From: Octopus vulgaris
Taxonomy: Eukaryota
Length of the DNA stretch: 64,000 nt
Direction: 5' to 3'
Assembly (NCBI GenBank): GCA_951406725.2
Contig: OX597822.1
Coordinates: 84,196,001-84,260,000, forward strand
The notes beneath the pieces were generated by a model. The model was not told the DNA's origin and searched no databases. It saw nothing but the letters and a program-made list of their open reading frames with translations. The stretch's first letter is position 1. Every line of letters begins with the position of its first letter. Positions 1-11,372 of the stretch are shown one piece after another. The translations under genes were made by a program, and so were the position numbers.

Positions 1-1480
1 CATACATACATACATACATACATACATATCGAAGAACCCCGAAAATAGCTTATGATCCCAAAATATCTTTCACAGTTGTCTTTGTCCATGCTGTATATTT
101 CTTGCATTCCATTGCGCTAGAAAGCAATTTGAATGATTTTGATGATCAATGGAGATGTGATCAATTAACAGCAGAATATTTACTGTTCTCTACAGAAAAT
201 ATTCCTGAACAACGGTACGAGTTAAAAGTAAGCACATAAAAGATGAACTTACTAATTTGAAATAATAATTTGTTATACAATTTACGACTAATTTCACTCT
301 CTTACACCATTTGCTAAGATACGTTGAAAGAGTATTCTTTGTAATTCAATGTGTCAAAGTGAAGAAGATTTTAATTCTTTAAAAGCAGAGACTGCAGGAG
401 ATACATTACTTACAAAGCAATCTATAACTAGAAATGGCAAGGAACGCACACTGTGGGAAACCAGAAAGGAATTAATCAAGGAGCTGAAAAGTGTTGTAAT
501 TAAAAGATACACAGAAAAATTAATTACCAGAAAGAGAATACCAGATGATCGCTTCTGGTTTATTATCTTTCAGCTTTTACTAATTTCAGTCGTTAGACTG
601 TGGCCATGCTGGAACAGTGCCTTGAAGAATTTTTAATCGAATGAATCGACACCAGGACATATTGTTTTGTTAAGCCTAGTACTTATTCTACCAGTCTTTT
701 ACCGAACCACTAAGTTACGGGGACATAAACACAGCAACACCAGTTGTCGAGCGGTGATGGGGAACAAAGACATGCACACACACATACACACACACACGCA
801 CACACACACAAACCCGTGTGCGTGTATGTAAATACGTGTGTGTAATCGTATGTTTGTGCTTGTGACTGTTTCACTTCTCACTACTCCTTGACAACAGCGT
901 TGGTTTTCTTACGTCCCCGTGACTAAGCGATTCGGCAAAATGGACTGATAGAATAAGTACTAGGCTTCAATAAATAGATACTAGGATCTATTCAGCTAAA
1001 ACTATTCAAGGTGGTGCCTCTGCATGGCCGCAGTCCAATGACTGAACCAAATAATTTTTCTCGGTGACGTTCGCATTTCTCAGTTAATGAAACTCTGCTT
1101 TGCACTATTCGCGGGCTTCGTATTCAATAACCTTTTACTGCTTTGGGCGGTGTCTTCAACGTTGTTCAGACTGTCACATGCATCTGACTTCCTTGCCATC
1201 ATTTTACTAGCCGAGAATGACCTGCAAATGTTCAGACTGACATCAACTCCATCAATGTCATCCTTTATCGATAGTCTGCGAAGTTCTATAGCATAGAACA
1301 GCTGATTTATAAAATGCTGCAAATACATGTTTATACATATATACATGTATGTTCAGCTATTCATGTAAACACAGAATCGTCCCTTTACTTCCTAATATAA
1401 TCACTACTACAAATGCTAATATGCATGTGTACGCATACAAACACACATACACATATATACATACATGCACGCACACACAC

Positions 1481-1555
<75 letters not shown>

Positions 1556-2059
1556 ATTGAAGAAATGGAGTTGAACGAAGATTGAACAGAGATTGAATAT
1601 TTAAATTTCAATTATCCGCACCAACGCACGGTTGCAACACCATATGGTTGTACCTCCAACCGTGCCGTCTTCTGCTGTGATTTTTGCTACCAAGGTATCG
1701 GTTAAACTTTTGATTAATCTGCAACAAGATTATTCATCTTTCTATTTCACAAAAAAAATATATATATATATATATATATATATAAACAGAAGTAAGTACA
1801 TAAATGCAAAACAAGGTGGAAAAAATAATACTCGAATACCGGAGGTAGAGTAGTAAACTTTTTTTATTAAAGCTGTAAGAACATCACAAAACACTGCTAG
1901 TCAGAGTTCCACGTTCGATTCAAAAAGTAAACTTGCTTCAATTGATCGTGGGCTGAGTCGCCTAACTAAAAGGATAGGTGCCTTATCCATAGTGCGTCAC
2001 TTTTTTCAAGTACTCTAACTTTCTTTTAATTTATTGTTTTACTTCACTTTTCTGATAAA

Positions 2060-2410
2060 TGGTGTAAGGCATCAGTTGACACAGCAAATGAAAAGTCCCG
2101 CTGTAATTGTTGCCTTAAAAGCGAACATAGTGATACAGATATAGCTAGCTCCCTAAAAGTTGCCCGGTCCTGAAAGCTGGCAAAGTTCCAAACGAGCTGG
2201 AATCTACTGACGGAGATCCAACATCAGCAGCTAAATGGAAAGCATGCACAGGGTCCTAATGCCATCAGAGCACATAACGTCGTACAATAAGTCCAAGGAA
2301 TAATCGATAAAAAGACGGGAAATCAAATCAGAGCCAATGCAAAGGACTTCGAGGTTTCAGAATACGCCATCAGGAAAGATCTTACATTCTGATTGATTCT
2401 TTCATGTGTT
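2060..2410 (+). mobile_element. Highly decayed N-terminal fragment of a maT-like transposase
   Basis: ttgacacagcaaatgaaaagt..gctgtaattgttgcc..ctaaaagttgcccggtc..gcaaaggacttcgaggtttcagaa parallels 49235-49540. Confidence 0.5.
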
Positions 2411-2876
2411 AACAAGTGCCTCCTAACGACGATGCAAACTTTCATTCATTCAAGATACCCTTGACCTGACCAGTAGCCTGCGGCATACATCTTGCTTAGC
2501 TATTTACCAACTCTGGTCGCCAACCGTGAAATATAAAAAGAACTTTTTCAGTTTATCGTTCTTCGATACAAAAAATCCACAACCTTCCCTCTCAATAAAC
2601 CACTATTGTCCCTGAAAGTTGTTTTTTTTAATATTTACTACGGATTGCTTGAAGCTAACCATCTTCCTACACCTCGATCCCTGGATGTTATATATATATA
2701 TATTTATATATTTGTTTTGCAAGATTTTTGAAGTGAAATCGTGTGTTGAAACAGATGTTGTGGTATTTAGGAATGGTCATTTTGCCAGTTTAGCCAATAA
2801 AAACACACGCACTATATATTTGGTATTAATTTGCTTCAGCGTTATTTATTTTTTACATTAATCTTAATCTTATTTC

Positions 2877-2921
2877 GGCCAGAGTTCTTTCGTTACACTT
2901 CTGTAGCCTCATCATTGGTCC
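2877..2921 (-). ncRNA. Degenerate hammerhead motif, same family as 3637
   Basis: Reverse complement ggacca-AUGAUGA-g-gcuaca-gaag-uguaac-GAAA-gaac-uc-uggcc. Core C3->A. Confidence 0.55.
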
Positions 2922-3149
2922 TTTGCTTTCTTCTTTCTTATTTGTGTGTCTCTCCTTACTAACGGTCAGCCATTTTGTATTTTGTATTCCTATTGTATGT
3001 GTCTTCATTTGCACATGCGTATATCTCTATGTGTGTCAATGTATAGTTAGTGTGTGGGGGAGTGCCTGTAATATTTGTATCTCCTGTTTATATACGTTCG
3101 CGTAATTTGTTTTTGTTTATTTATATTTTGTTCATGTGTTTACACCTAC

Positions 3150-3216
<67 letters not shown>

Positions 3217-3230
3217 CACCATCATTATTA

Positions 3231-3285
<55 letters not shown>

Positions 3286-3636
3286 TATTATTATTATCAT
3301 TATTATTATTATTATTATTTTGGTTGTATTTAGTTAATTAATTTTTTTGAAAATTAGTTTAATAAAAATAAAAATAATAATAATAATATTAATAATAATA
3401 ATAATAAGTAGGTGTAAACACATGAACAAAATATAAATAAGCAAAAACAAATTACACGAACTATATAAACAGGAAATACAAATATTACAGGCACTTCCCC
3501 ACACACACTAACTAAACATAGACACACATAGAGGTATACGCATGCGCAAATGAAGACACATATAATAGGAATACAAAATACAAAATGGCTGACCGTTAGT
3601 AAGGGGAGACACACAAATAAGAAGGAAGAAAGCAAA

Positions 3637-3681
3637 GGACCACTGATGAGGTCACATAAGTGTGACGAAAGAACTCTAGCC
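3637..3681 (+). ncRNA. Minimal type I hammerhead ribozyme motif
   Basis: GGACCA-CUGAUGA-G-GUCACA-uaag-UGUGAC-GAAA-GAAC-UC-UAGCC. Intact core boxes and a 6-bp stem II. Confidence 0.72.
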
Positions 3682-3916
3682 GAAATAAGATTAAGATTAA
3701 TGTAAAAAATAAATAACGCTGAAGCAAATTAACACCAAATATATAGTGCGTGTGTTTTTATTGGCTAAACTGGCAAAATGACCATTCCTAAATACAACAA
3801 TATATATATATATATATACATGGAAATGGATGCGTTGCGTTCAATTAAATAATAAATAATAAATTATATATATATATACATATATATAGACATATATATA
3901 GACATGCATACATACA

Positions 3917-3959
<43 letters not shown>

Positions 3960-3960
<1 letters not shown>

Positions 3961-4739
3961 TACATGCATACAAACGAGTCAAATACGTAAACAACGAGAA
4001 AAAATGGAAAGCAGGACATGTAAACAAGACCCTTCATCAGTTGTCGACTGTCTGTCTACTCCTCATTTCGAGCATTCAACGACAATATGAGTCTTCAAAG
4101 ACAGTTGCTCCCATAAATTCTGAAATAAAACTTAGTATTTGTGGAGTGTTAAAGTTGGGAAAAAAGAACATGACAGTAGAGACATACAAGGAAACCGAAC
4201 GAAAACAAACATCAAGGATCGTTAGACTAGAACGAGAGGAAAATAGTGAACGCAGGAAGAAAAATTTGGGGGAAAGAGAAAAGATAGAAGAGAGGGAGAA
4301 AAATACGTCCGTTCTTTTGAACGTCCGTGCAAGAAAAGAAAGACGGTCATGTGGGGAAAAGAAAGATGGACGATGGTCACGTGTGAGCAATGAGAGAAAT
4401 GAAAAAGAGAAAGAGAGAGGAGTGAGAGAGGCAGATAGAAGACTGTGAAAGAGGGAGGGTGAGAAAAAGGGAATTAAAGAAAGATGGAGGAACAAAAACA
4501 GTATAGAGTAGAGTCGCATCCCTCTTTCTCTTTTTTCACCACTGTCATGTTTTTGTTCCCAACTTTGACACTGCACAAATCAAAAATTTGATTTCAGAAT
4601 TTATGGGAGCAACTGTCTTTGAAGACTCATATTTACTTATCATGTTTTCCATTTTTTATCGTTGTTCTCGTGTTTAACTCGTTTGTTTACGTATTTCATG
4701 TTATTTGTACCGTTGGTGACGTCCTGTGCACATATATGC

Positions 4740-4740
<1 letters not shown>
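3960..4740. mobile_element. Second palindromic repeat element, different family, probably PLE ends
   Basis: aatatgagtcttcaaagacagttgctcccataaattctgaaat (~4085-4127) is inverted at ~4590-4632. Minus-strand caaCTGATGAaggg half-core at ~4030-4045. Flanked by (TA)n. Confidence 0.6.
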
Positions 4741-4787
<47 letters not shown>

Positions 4788-4795
<8 letters not shown>

Positions 4796-5070
4796 ATTTT
4801 GGAATGGTCATTTTGCAAGTTTAGCCAATAAAAACACACGTACTATATATTTGGTGTTACTTTGCTTCAGTGTTATTTATTTTTTACATTAAACTTAATC
4901 TTATTTCGGCCAGAGTTCTTTCGTCACACTCCTATGACCGCATCAGTGGTCCTTTGCTTTCTTCTTTCTTATTTGTGTCTCTCCTTACTAAACTGGCAAA
5001 ATGATCATTCCGAAATACAACAATATCTGTTTCAACACACGACTTCCCATAAAAAATCTTGCACAACAAA
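4788..5070. mobile_element. Short asymmetric palindromic copy of the 2708-3800 family
   Basis: 4788-4990 matches 2757-2961, then the orientation switches (aaactggcaaaatgatcattcc...cacaacaaatata). Sits in (TA)n. Confidence 0.7.
4908..4952 (-). ncRNA. Degenerate hammerhead motif, same family as 3637
   Basis: Reverse complement ggacca-CUGAUGC-g-gucaua-ggag-ugugac-GAAA-gaac-uc-uggcc. Stem II is kept through a U-G wobble; A9->C. Confidence 0.58.
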
Positions 5071-5146
5071 TATATATATATGTATGTATGTATGTATCTA
5101 TGTATGTATGTATGTATGTATGTATGTATGTATGTATGTATGTATG

Positions 5147-5190
<44 letters not shown>

Positions 5191-5377
5191 TAATTTATTC
5201 TATGTATATATACATATGCATGTATTTATGTCGCTGGGGTATAATGTACTCAAGTACTTGTATATATATGCGGAAAGTGCATGCACAAGTAATACCAACA
5301 GAAAAAATTACTTTGTGCAAAACTCCAGGAAATAATCAATAAAAACCCGAAAATCAGAGTCATTGCAAAAGATTCCG

Positions 5378-5483
<106 letters not shown>

Positions 5484-5497
5484 ACAGACAGATAGAC

Positions 5498-5580
<83 letters not shown>

Positions 5581-6805
5581 CAAGCATTACGAATACACAG
5601 AATAAATAATGTTGAAACCTTATTAATTTTAGTCGCATATATACACAAATTAAATCATTCCCTTGTTTACCACAAAGCTGAATTTATTCAGCAATAGTAA
5701 CTCAATTATTTGACTGAAGATGATATACACAGCTTAATACGGGTATATATGACGTATCGAGGAGAATGTTATATATAATTAACAGTTATTTAAATAAATG
5801 AAATATGCTAAATGTATTTTTTCTAAAGATAGAATTAAACGAATCACAGAGTGTATTACTACGTGTAATGACCAGAAGTAAAATAATATGATTCCTTTAT
5901 GAAAAGGAAATACGTGAAATCTATAAAGAATATGGAACAATTAATGTTGCAAGATAGTTGATATAGCTAGACTAAATTATAGAGGAAGTCGAATATCTAA
6001 CACAGGTTAATAACATAGATTGATAATGTAATTTATCCCTGATTTATTGTTGAGTACTGATTCATTCATCACTGATCCGAGAAAACACGAACCGCTCAAT
6101 TATAAGCCATGTTATGCTTGTCACGACGACCGGTCAAAGATTCTGCTAAGAGCACAAAATCGCACCCCAGCGATCGTCCACAATGCACTGGACAACTTGG
6201 AGTGTCGGAACAAATCCTTTTTTTTTTTTTGCCCCCACGTTCTATTATTCATTTATCAATCATTCATTTAATCCGGTTTTTTGTTCTTTGGAACCAAACA
6301 ACCGCGGGAAACAAGGAGAGATGCATACGATTTTCTTGAGTGGCGCTGTAGTCATAACATCTGTTCCTACATCCTACACCACAAACGGTCGTTACGTATT
6401 CTTGCTAGTTTGTTTATATATCTATCGTGTTTTTATATGCGTGTGTATGTGTATGTGTGTGTACGTGTGTGTTTATGTTCAATTATAAAAGAAGTAATTT
6501 GACATTAATCTGATGGGTTATTCTATACTGGTTTGTGATTAATCTGTATATTTTGTATCTTTTCATTTTATCTTGCTCGCTTACGTCCTGGCGTTTGCTA
6601 AATTTTCTTGAAACATTCCTTTCTTAGTGGTATGACCATAGGGGGTCGACTTCTAGCATAATGGATGTCCACTTAGCAGTCATCCTTCTTATATGTATAT
6701 ATATATATTTGTATTCATATACATGTATATTTCTCCCTATATATATATATATATATATACATACAGCCATACATACATACATATATACATACATACATAT
6801 ATATA

Positions 6806-6841
<36 letters not shown>

Positions 6842-6873
6842 TATGTATGTATGTATATATATATATATGTATG

Positions 6874-6907
<34 letters not shown>

Positions 6908-6917
6908 TGTATGTATG

Positions 6918-6959
<42 letters not shown>

Positions 6960-6968
<9 letters not shown>

Positions 6969-7102
6969 ATAATATATTATCTTATAATATATCATTATAA
7001 GATTGTAAATAAAACGTGAAAATCAGACAAGGTTGGAATTCTTTTTATTAATATATTCTTCTATACACAATCACACACACCCATATATATATATATCTAT
7101 AT
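6960..7102 (+). repeat. 5' copy of PLE terminal direct repeat (truncated pseudo-LTR)
   Basis: tattcaattataatatattatc...cacacacccatatatatatatatctatat is identical by eye to 11230-11372 (offset 4270). Confidence 0.93.
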
Positions 7103-7123
7103 TCCTATTGTGTATATGCCAAC

Positions 7124-8416
7124 ATGTCTGGAAAGCAACAAACAAAATTAACAGAATCCGAAAGAATTCTAATGGAAATTTCATCGAAATTATCAACACT
7201 CATCACGATGATTGACACACAATCCTCTATTTTAAAGGAAATAGAAAAACAGTCTACAGACGGAAAACTTGGAAATGAACACATAAACTCTGAAATTAAG
7301 AATTTAGCTGAAATGATACCAACAATTATAAAATCTACAAGAGAAAGCCTACCACAACCTCCTTGGATGTCAGAAATAAACGAAAGAAATCTGGAAAAAG
7401 AGGCACACCGAAAAAGAGAAGAGATACAGAAGACATGGAAAAAACTCCTTAACATAAGAAAACAAAACTTCTGGAAGGCATATAAATGCGAAAAATATGC
7501 TGAAATACATTCGAAATGGATATCTTTAGCGGCACCCATACTTCCTCGGAAGTACCTAATTAAAGAAATTGCAGGAGAACCAGAGGAAGAAACTAAACTT
7601 CGATGGGACCTTAGTTTGATAAAATTCAGGACCGACATCTCCATTACCCTGTCTAAACAATCCCGCTACAAAGCCAAATACGAAGCTATCGATGATCAAA
7701 TCAGAGATGAAATATCCAAACTATCGACCGGCAATATAGCAGAAAAAATGCGAGAACTATGGATCAGAGATATCTCAAAAGAAGAAAGCAGATCAAGAAA
7801 GTTTTGGCAGCGGAAACAATTATTTCTCGACAAATATGCTACAAATTACGGTAAAGACACCAGAACTCCGAGAAATAGCATTAAAAGTGGACAACCTCAC
7901 CAACGCAACATACACCAGAACACGTGGCAACATGAACACCCGTTTCACCACGAATCGAAGACGAACTACGGTAAGAACTCTTCCCATTTTGTATGCAAAC
8001 ACCCTAATGCACACAACATGAACAAAAAGCACAAACAAAATAGATATTGTTTTGAACAGACCATTAGCAGTAGAAATAACAGGAGATCATTTTCAAGACC
8101 TCAACAGAGATTACCCACAAGAAACTGGACAAAAAACCGATCTAGATCTAGAAGTAAACCCAGATCATTTCTCCAGGTGGTTAAAAACAATGCTAACAAG
8201 AAATTGAAAAGTAGCATACATAATACCAAAAACAAGACAGAAAACATAACGAAACCAAGTAAAGTACCACAACCAAAACGCAAAATTCATCAAGCAAACA
8301 TCAACAGGAATATAAATCATAACCAGAAAAAAATCCATTTTTTTACGTCAGGACAACAAACACCGGAGAAAGAAAAAATCCAAGAGGAAACATACCCCAA
8401 ACAACTGAACGTATAG
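7124..8416 (+). CDS. PLE ORF1 / N-terminal region (430 aa): helical or coiled-coil-like first half, basic K/R/N/Q-rich second half
   Basis: Uninterrupted ORF starting just after the 5' direct repeat and overlapping the RT frame at 8323-8416. Confidence 0.8.
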   Translation: MSGKQQTKLTESERILMEISSKLSTLITMIDTQSSILKEIEKQSTDGKLGNEHINSEIKNLAEMIPTIIKSTRESLPQPPWMSEINERNLEKEAHRKREEIQKTWKKLLNIRKQNFWKAYKCEKYAEIHSKWISLAAPILPRKYLIKEIAGEPEEETKLRWDLSLIKFRTDISITLSKQSRYKAKYEAIDDQIRDEISKLSTGNIAEKMRELWIRDISKEESRSRKFWQRKQLFLDKYATNYGKDTRTPRNSIKSGQPHQRNIHQNTWQHEHPFHHESKTNYGKNSSHFVCKHPNAHNMNKKHKQNRYCFEQTISSRNNRRSFSRPQQRLPTRNWTKNRSRSRSKPRSFLQVVKNNANKKLKSSIHNTKNKTENITKPSKVPQPKRKIHQANINRNINHNQKKIHFFTSGQQTPEKEKIQEETYPKQLNV

Positions 8417-10649
8417 ATCCTAAAATAATTAATTTATCAAAAAGAGATCTTGACAATGATGAAATCCAACTTCTGTCAAAAGGACTGAAATTCACACCTA
8501 CACCAACAGCCAACCACCAAGAATTAAAGGAGGATATCCAAAAATTCTGTCGAAAATTACGACTTGTAGAATTCTTCGCTAACAAAAGTAATGAGATTGA
8601 TGAATCCCTAGTAAGGAATAAATCAAATTTCACCCCACCAAAAGGAAGAAATAACTACCTTGACCAATACATTGATATCCTGTCTAAATTTCCCCTTAGA
8701 CGCAATACCAATGTTAGGCCAAACATTAGCAAATCAGAGATGTCTGCATGTAAACGTATACAAAACGATCAAACAATAATAATTAAACAAGCAGATAAAG
8801 GTGGTGCAATTGTTATTATGATACCGAATACTATAAGGATTTGGTTGAAGACCAACTGAAGGATACAACCTTCTATTGTGAAATACCCGCAAATATAGAC
8901 CACCACATCATGAAAAAGATCAACAACCTGATTTCAACACACCACAACTCACTTACGGATAATGAAAAAGACTACATCACCAATTTTGAACCAAAACCCA
9001 GCAACTTCTACGGCTTACCAAAAATACACAAATCAAAAAACATTCAACAGGCAGTAAAAGAACAAGAAAGTGAGTACATAAAATTATTACATCCAAAAGA
9101 CCTAAAACTTAGACCTATTATAGCTGGTCCAGCATGCCCTACACACCGTCTAAGCAATTTTATTGACATTGTTTTGAAACCACTATGTACTTACATACCA
9201 AGTTTCATCAGGGATGACATCGACTTCCTGTCCCATCTTCCCAAAACAACAGAAACAAATTCAGTTTTGCTAAGTTTTGATGTGGTAAGCCTCTACACCA
9301 ATATTCCACACGATTTAGGAATAAAGGCGATTAAATACTGGTTAGAAAAACATAGAGAAGTGATTCCCAGCAGATTCACAGTGCCATTTATATTAGACAC
9401 AGTCAAACTTATTCTAGAAAATAACACATTCTTCTTCAATGGAAAGAATTACATCCAAATTAGAGGCACGGCGATGGGAACGAGGTTTGCTCCCGTTTAC
9501 GCCAACTCTGTAATGGGATACTTAGAAGAACAACTCTACCAAGAGGTGGAGGTAAACTATGGCACTGGATTTAGAAAGTATATTGAAAAGGCATGGAAGA
9601 GATACCTAGACGACTGTTTCATAATCTGGACAGAATCTCTAAATACTCTGGAAGAGTTCAATATCCTCCTGAACAACCTACACCCATCTCTCAAATTTAC
9701 AAAGGAGATGAGTAGTACCAAATTACCATTCCTGGATATAATGGTAATTAAAAAAGACACCACCATCACCACAGATATATACTATAAACACACAGACACA
9801 CATCAATACCTAAATTTTAAGTCGTGCCATCCACCACATACAAAACGTAACATCCCATACTGCCTAGCCAGAAGAATTTGTACTATTGTAGAAGATGCAA
9901 ATATCAGGAACAAACGCCTAATAGAACTAAGAGAATTTTTGCTCAAACAAAAATACCCATCTCTACTTATAGAAAATGGCATACAGCGGGCTATAAAAAT
10001 ACCTATACAACAACTTAGGACAACCCAAGGAAGAGGAAAACAAGAACAAGTCATACCATTCATAGTGACACACAACCCATGTCACCAGAATATCTTCAAC
10101 ATTGCCAAAGCAAACCTACCAATCATTGCCCAAAGTAATGAATTAAAAGACATAATCAAGGATCGAGCTATGGTGCTTAGTAAAAGACAGCCTAAAAACT
10201 TGAAAACATTACTAACAAAGGCAAAATTTGACCTCAGCAACAAAGACCAAACATTCACGGTATCTAAATGCAATGATAGCCGATGTGGCACATGCCAATT
10301 CATACATACCGGTCAATATATAAACACAAAAACCGGGAAAATATTCACAAACGCGAATATGAACTGCAAAAGCAGAAATTTAATTTACTGCATCAAATGC
10401 CCAAATTGTGAAGAAATATATGTAGGTCAGACGGGAAACGCACTATTAGAACGCTCACGTGTACACCGGCAACAGATTAGAGACCCAGAGGTCCGTCAGA
10501 TACCTTTGAGTAACCACCTAGCAACATGTGGTCGGAAAATATATATAATATTTCCATTCTACAAATTACACAGCCCAAGTGAAATCGAGAGGAAAATCAG
10601 AGAAAAGAATTTTATTGATAAATTCGAACCCAAGCTAAATAAGCAATAA
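8323..10649 (+). CDS. PLE reverse transcriptase - Zn-finger linker - GIY-YIG endonuclease, with one -1 frameshift at ~8820
   Basis: Frame 8323-8820 reads IINLSKRDL..EIQLLSKGLKFTPTP...KQADKGGAIVIM. The next frame reads (D)TEYYKDLVEDQL, YGLPKIHK, RPIIAG, FDVVSLYTNIP, GTAMGTRFAP, RYLDD, LPFLD, CNDSRCGTC, NLIYCIKCPNCEEIYVGQT...ERSRVH, E..FI..F.PKLN. Confidence 0.93.
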
Positions 10650-11143
10650 TAATAATACTTAGAGGTATTACTTCCACTGCTACGACCATGACCACTAACA
10701 ACAACAACAATACTAAAGGTGATCAAGACGAAGATAGCAGGAAAATTATCTTATTTAGGGTTAAAAGTTCTATTGCCACCACCATCACCACTAGCAACAA
10801 TAATTAAGGTGCTGACAATGATGATGATGACAATTGAAATATAAAAATATAAAAATCTCTGACAAAGGATATTTACAACATTTCTAAAAATAACCCAACA
10901 ATTGCTGCTTCGGCCAGGGTCAAGATACAGGACTCTTGACCTGTCCAACAAAGCGTGATGCCTAAACCAATCAGCTCAACCAACCAATCAGCTTAAGTAA
11001 TTGAGTGATACTACACACTGATTGGTCAGAATACAGTTTGCAAAACCTAGCACTCTGGAGCCTACCCAGCTGTATTTATAGCACAGAATCACTCATCTTG
11101 CTACAGTCAAAAATTGTGAAGCATGACTGTCAACACTACTACA

Positions 11144-11188
11144 TGAACCCGAAGATTGCAGAATTCAATGCATGAAAGTACTAGTTCA
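11144..11188 (+). ncRNA. Minimal type I hammerhead ribozyme motif in the PLE 3' pseudo-LTR
   Basis: UGAAC-CCGAAGA-U-UGCA-gaauucaa-UGCA-U-GAAA-GUAC-UA-GUUCA. Stem I UGAAC/GUUCA, stem II UGCA/UGCA, palindromic stem III AGUACU. The core has U4->C. Confidence 0.75.
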
Positions 11189-11229
11189 ATCAGAATGAAT
11201 ATTTAACATTCTACTATTTCATTTTATTT

Positions 11230-11372
11230 TATTCAATTATAATATATTATCTTATAATATATCATTATAAGATTGTAAATAAAACGTGAAAATCAGACAA
11301 GGTTGGAATTCTTTTTATTAATATATTCTTCTATACACAATCACACACACCCATATATATATATATCTATAT
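11230..11372 (+). repeat. 3' copy of PLE terminal direct repeat
   Basis: Identical by eye to 6960-7102. Confidence 0.93.

Larger units (their letters stand above)
2708..3800. mobile_element. Palindromic non-autonomous PLE-derived element: two hammerhead-bearing ends back to back around (ATT)n/(AAT)n
   Basis: ~2757-3150 is the reverse complement of ~3405-3800. Flanked by (TA)n. Confidence 0.75.
6960..11372 (+). mobile_element. Penelope-like retroelement (endonuclease-containing PLE, Naiad/Neptune-type), near full length
   Basis: PLE RT plus C-terminal GIY-YIG, identical terminal direct repeats, hammerhead motif in the 3' pseudo-LTR, both ends in (TA)n. Confidence 0.95.

Noticed and set aside
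30-636. 95-aa ORF and possible hAT transposase remnant
   Set aside because: Only vague similarity, and the ORF runs into a SINE. Not supportable by eye.
3918-4576. Overlapping 176-aa and 166-aa ORFs
   Set aside because: Purine/pyrimidine-biased low-complexity interior of a palindromic repeat, with no domain.
8323-10649. Selenocysteine recoding, as reported for some Naiad PLEs
   Set aside because: No in-frame TGA in the reconstructed RT-EN frame. The Cys motifs use TGY codons.
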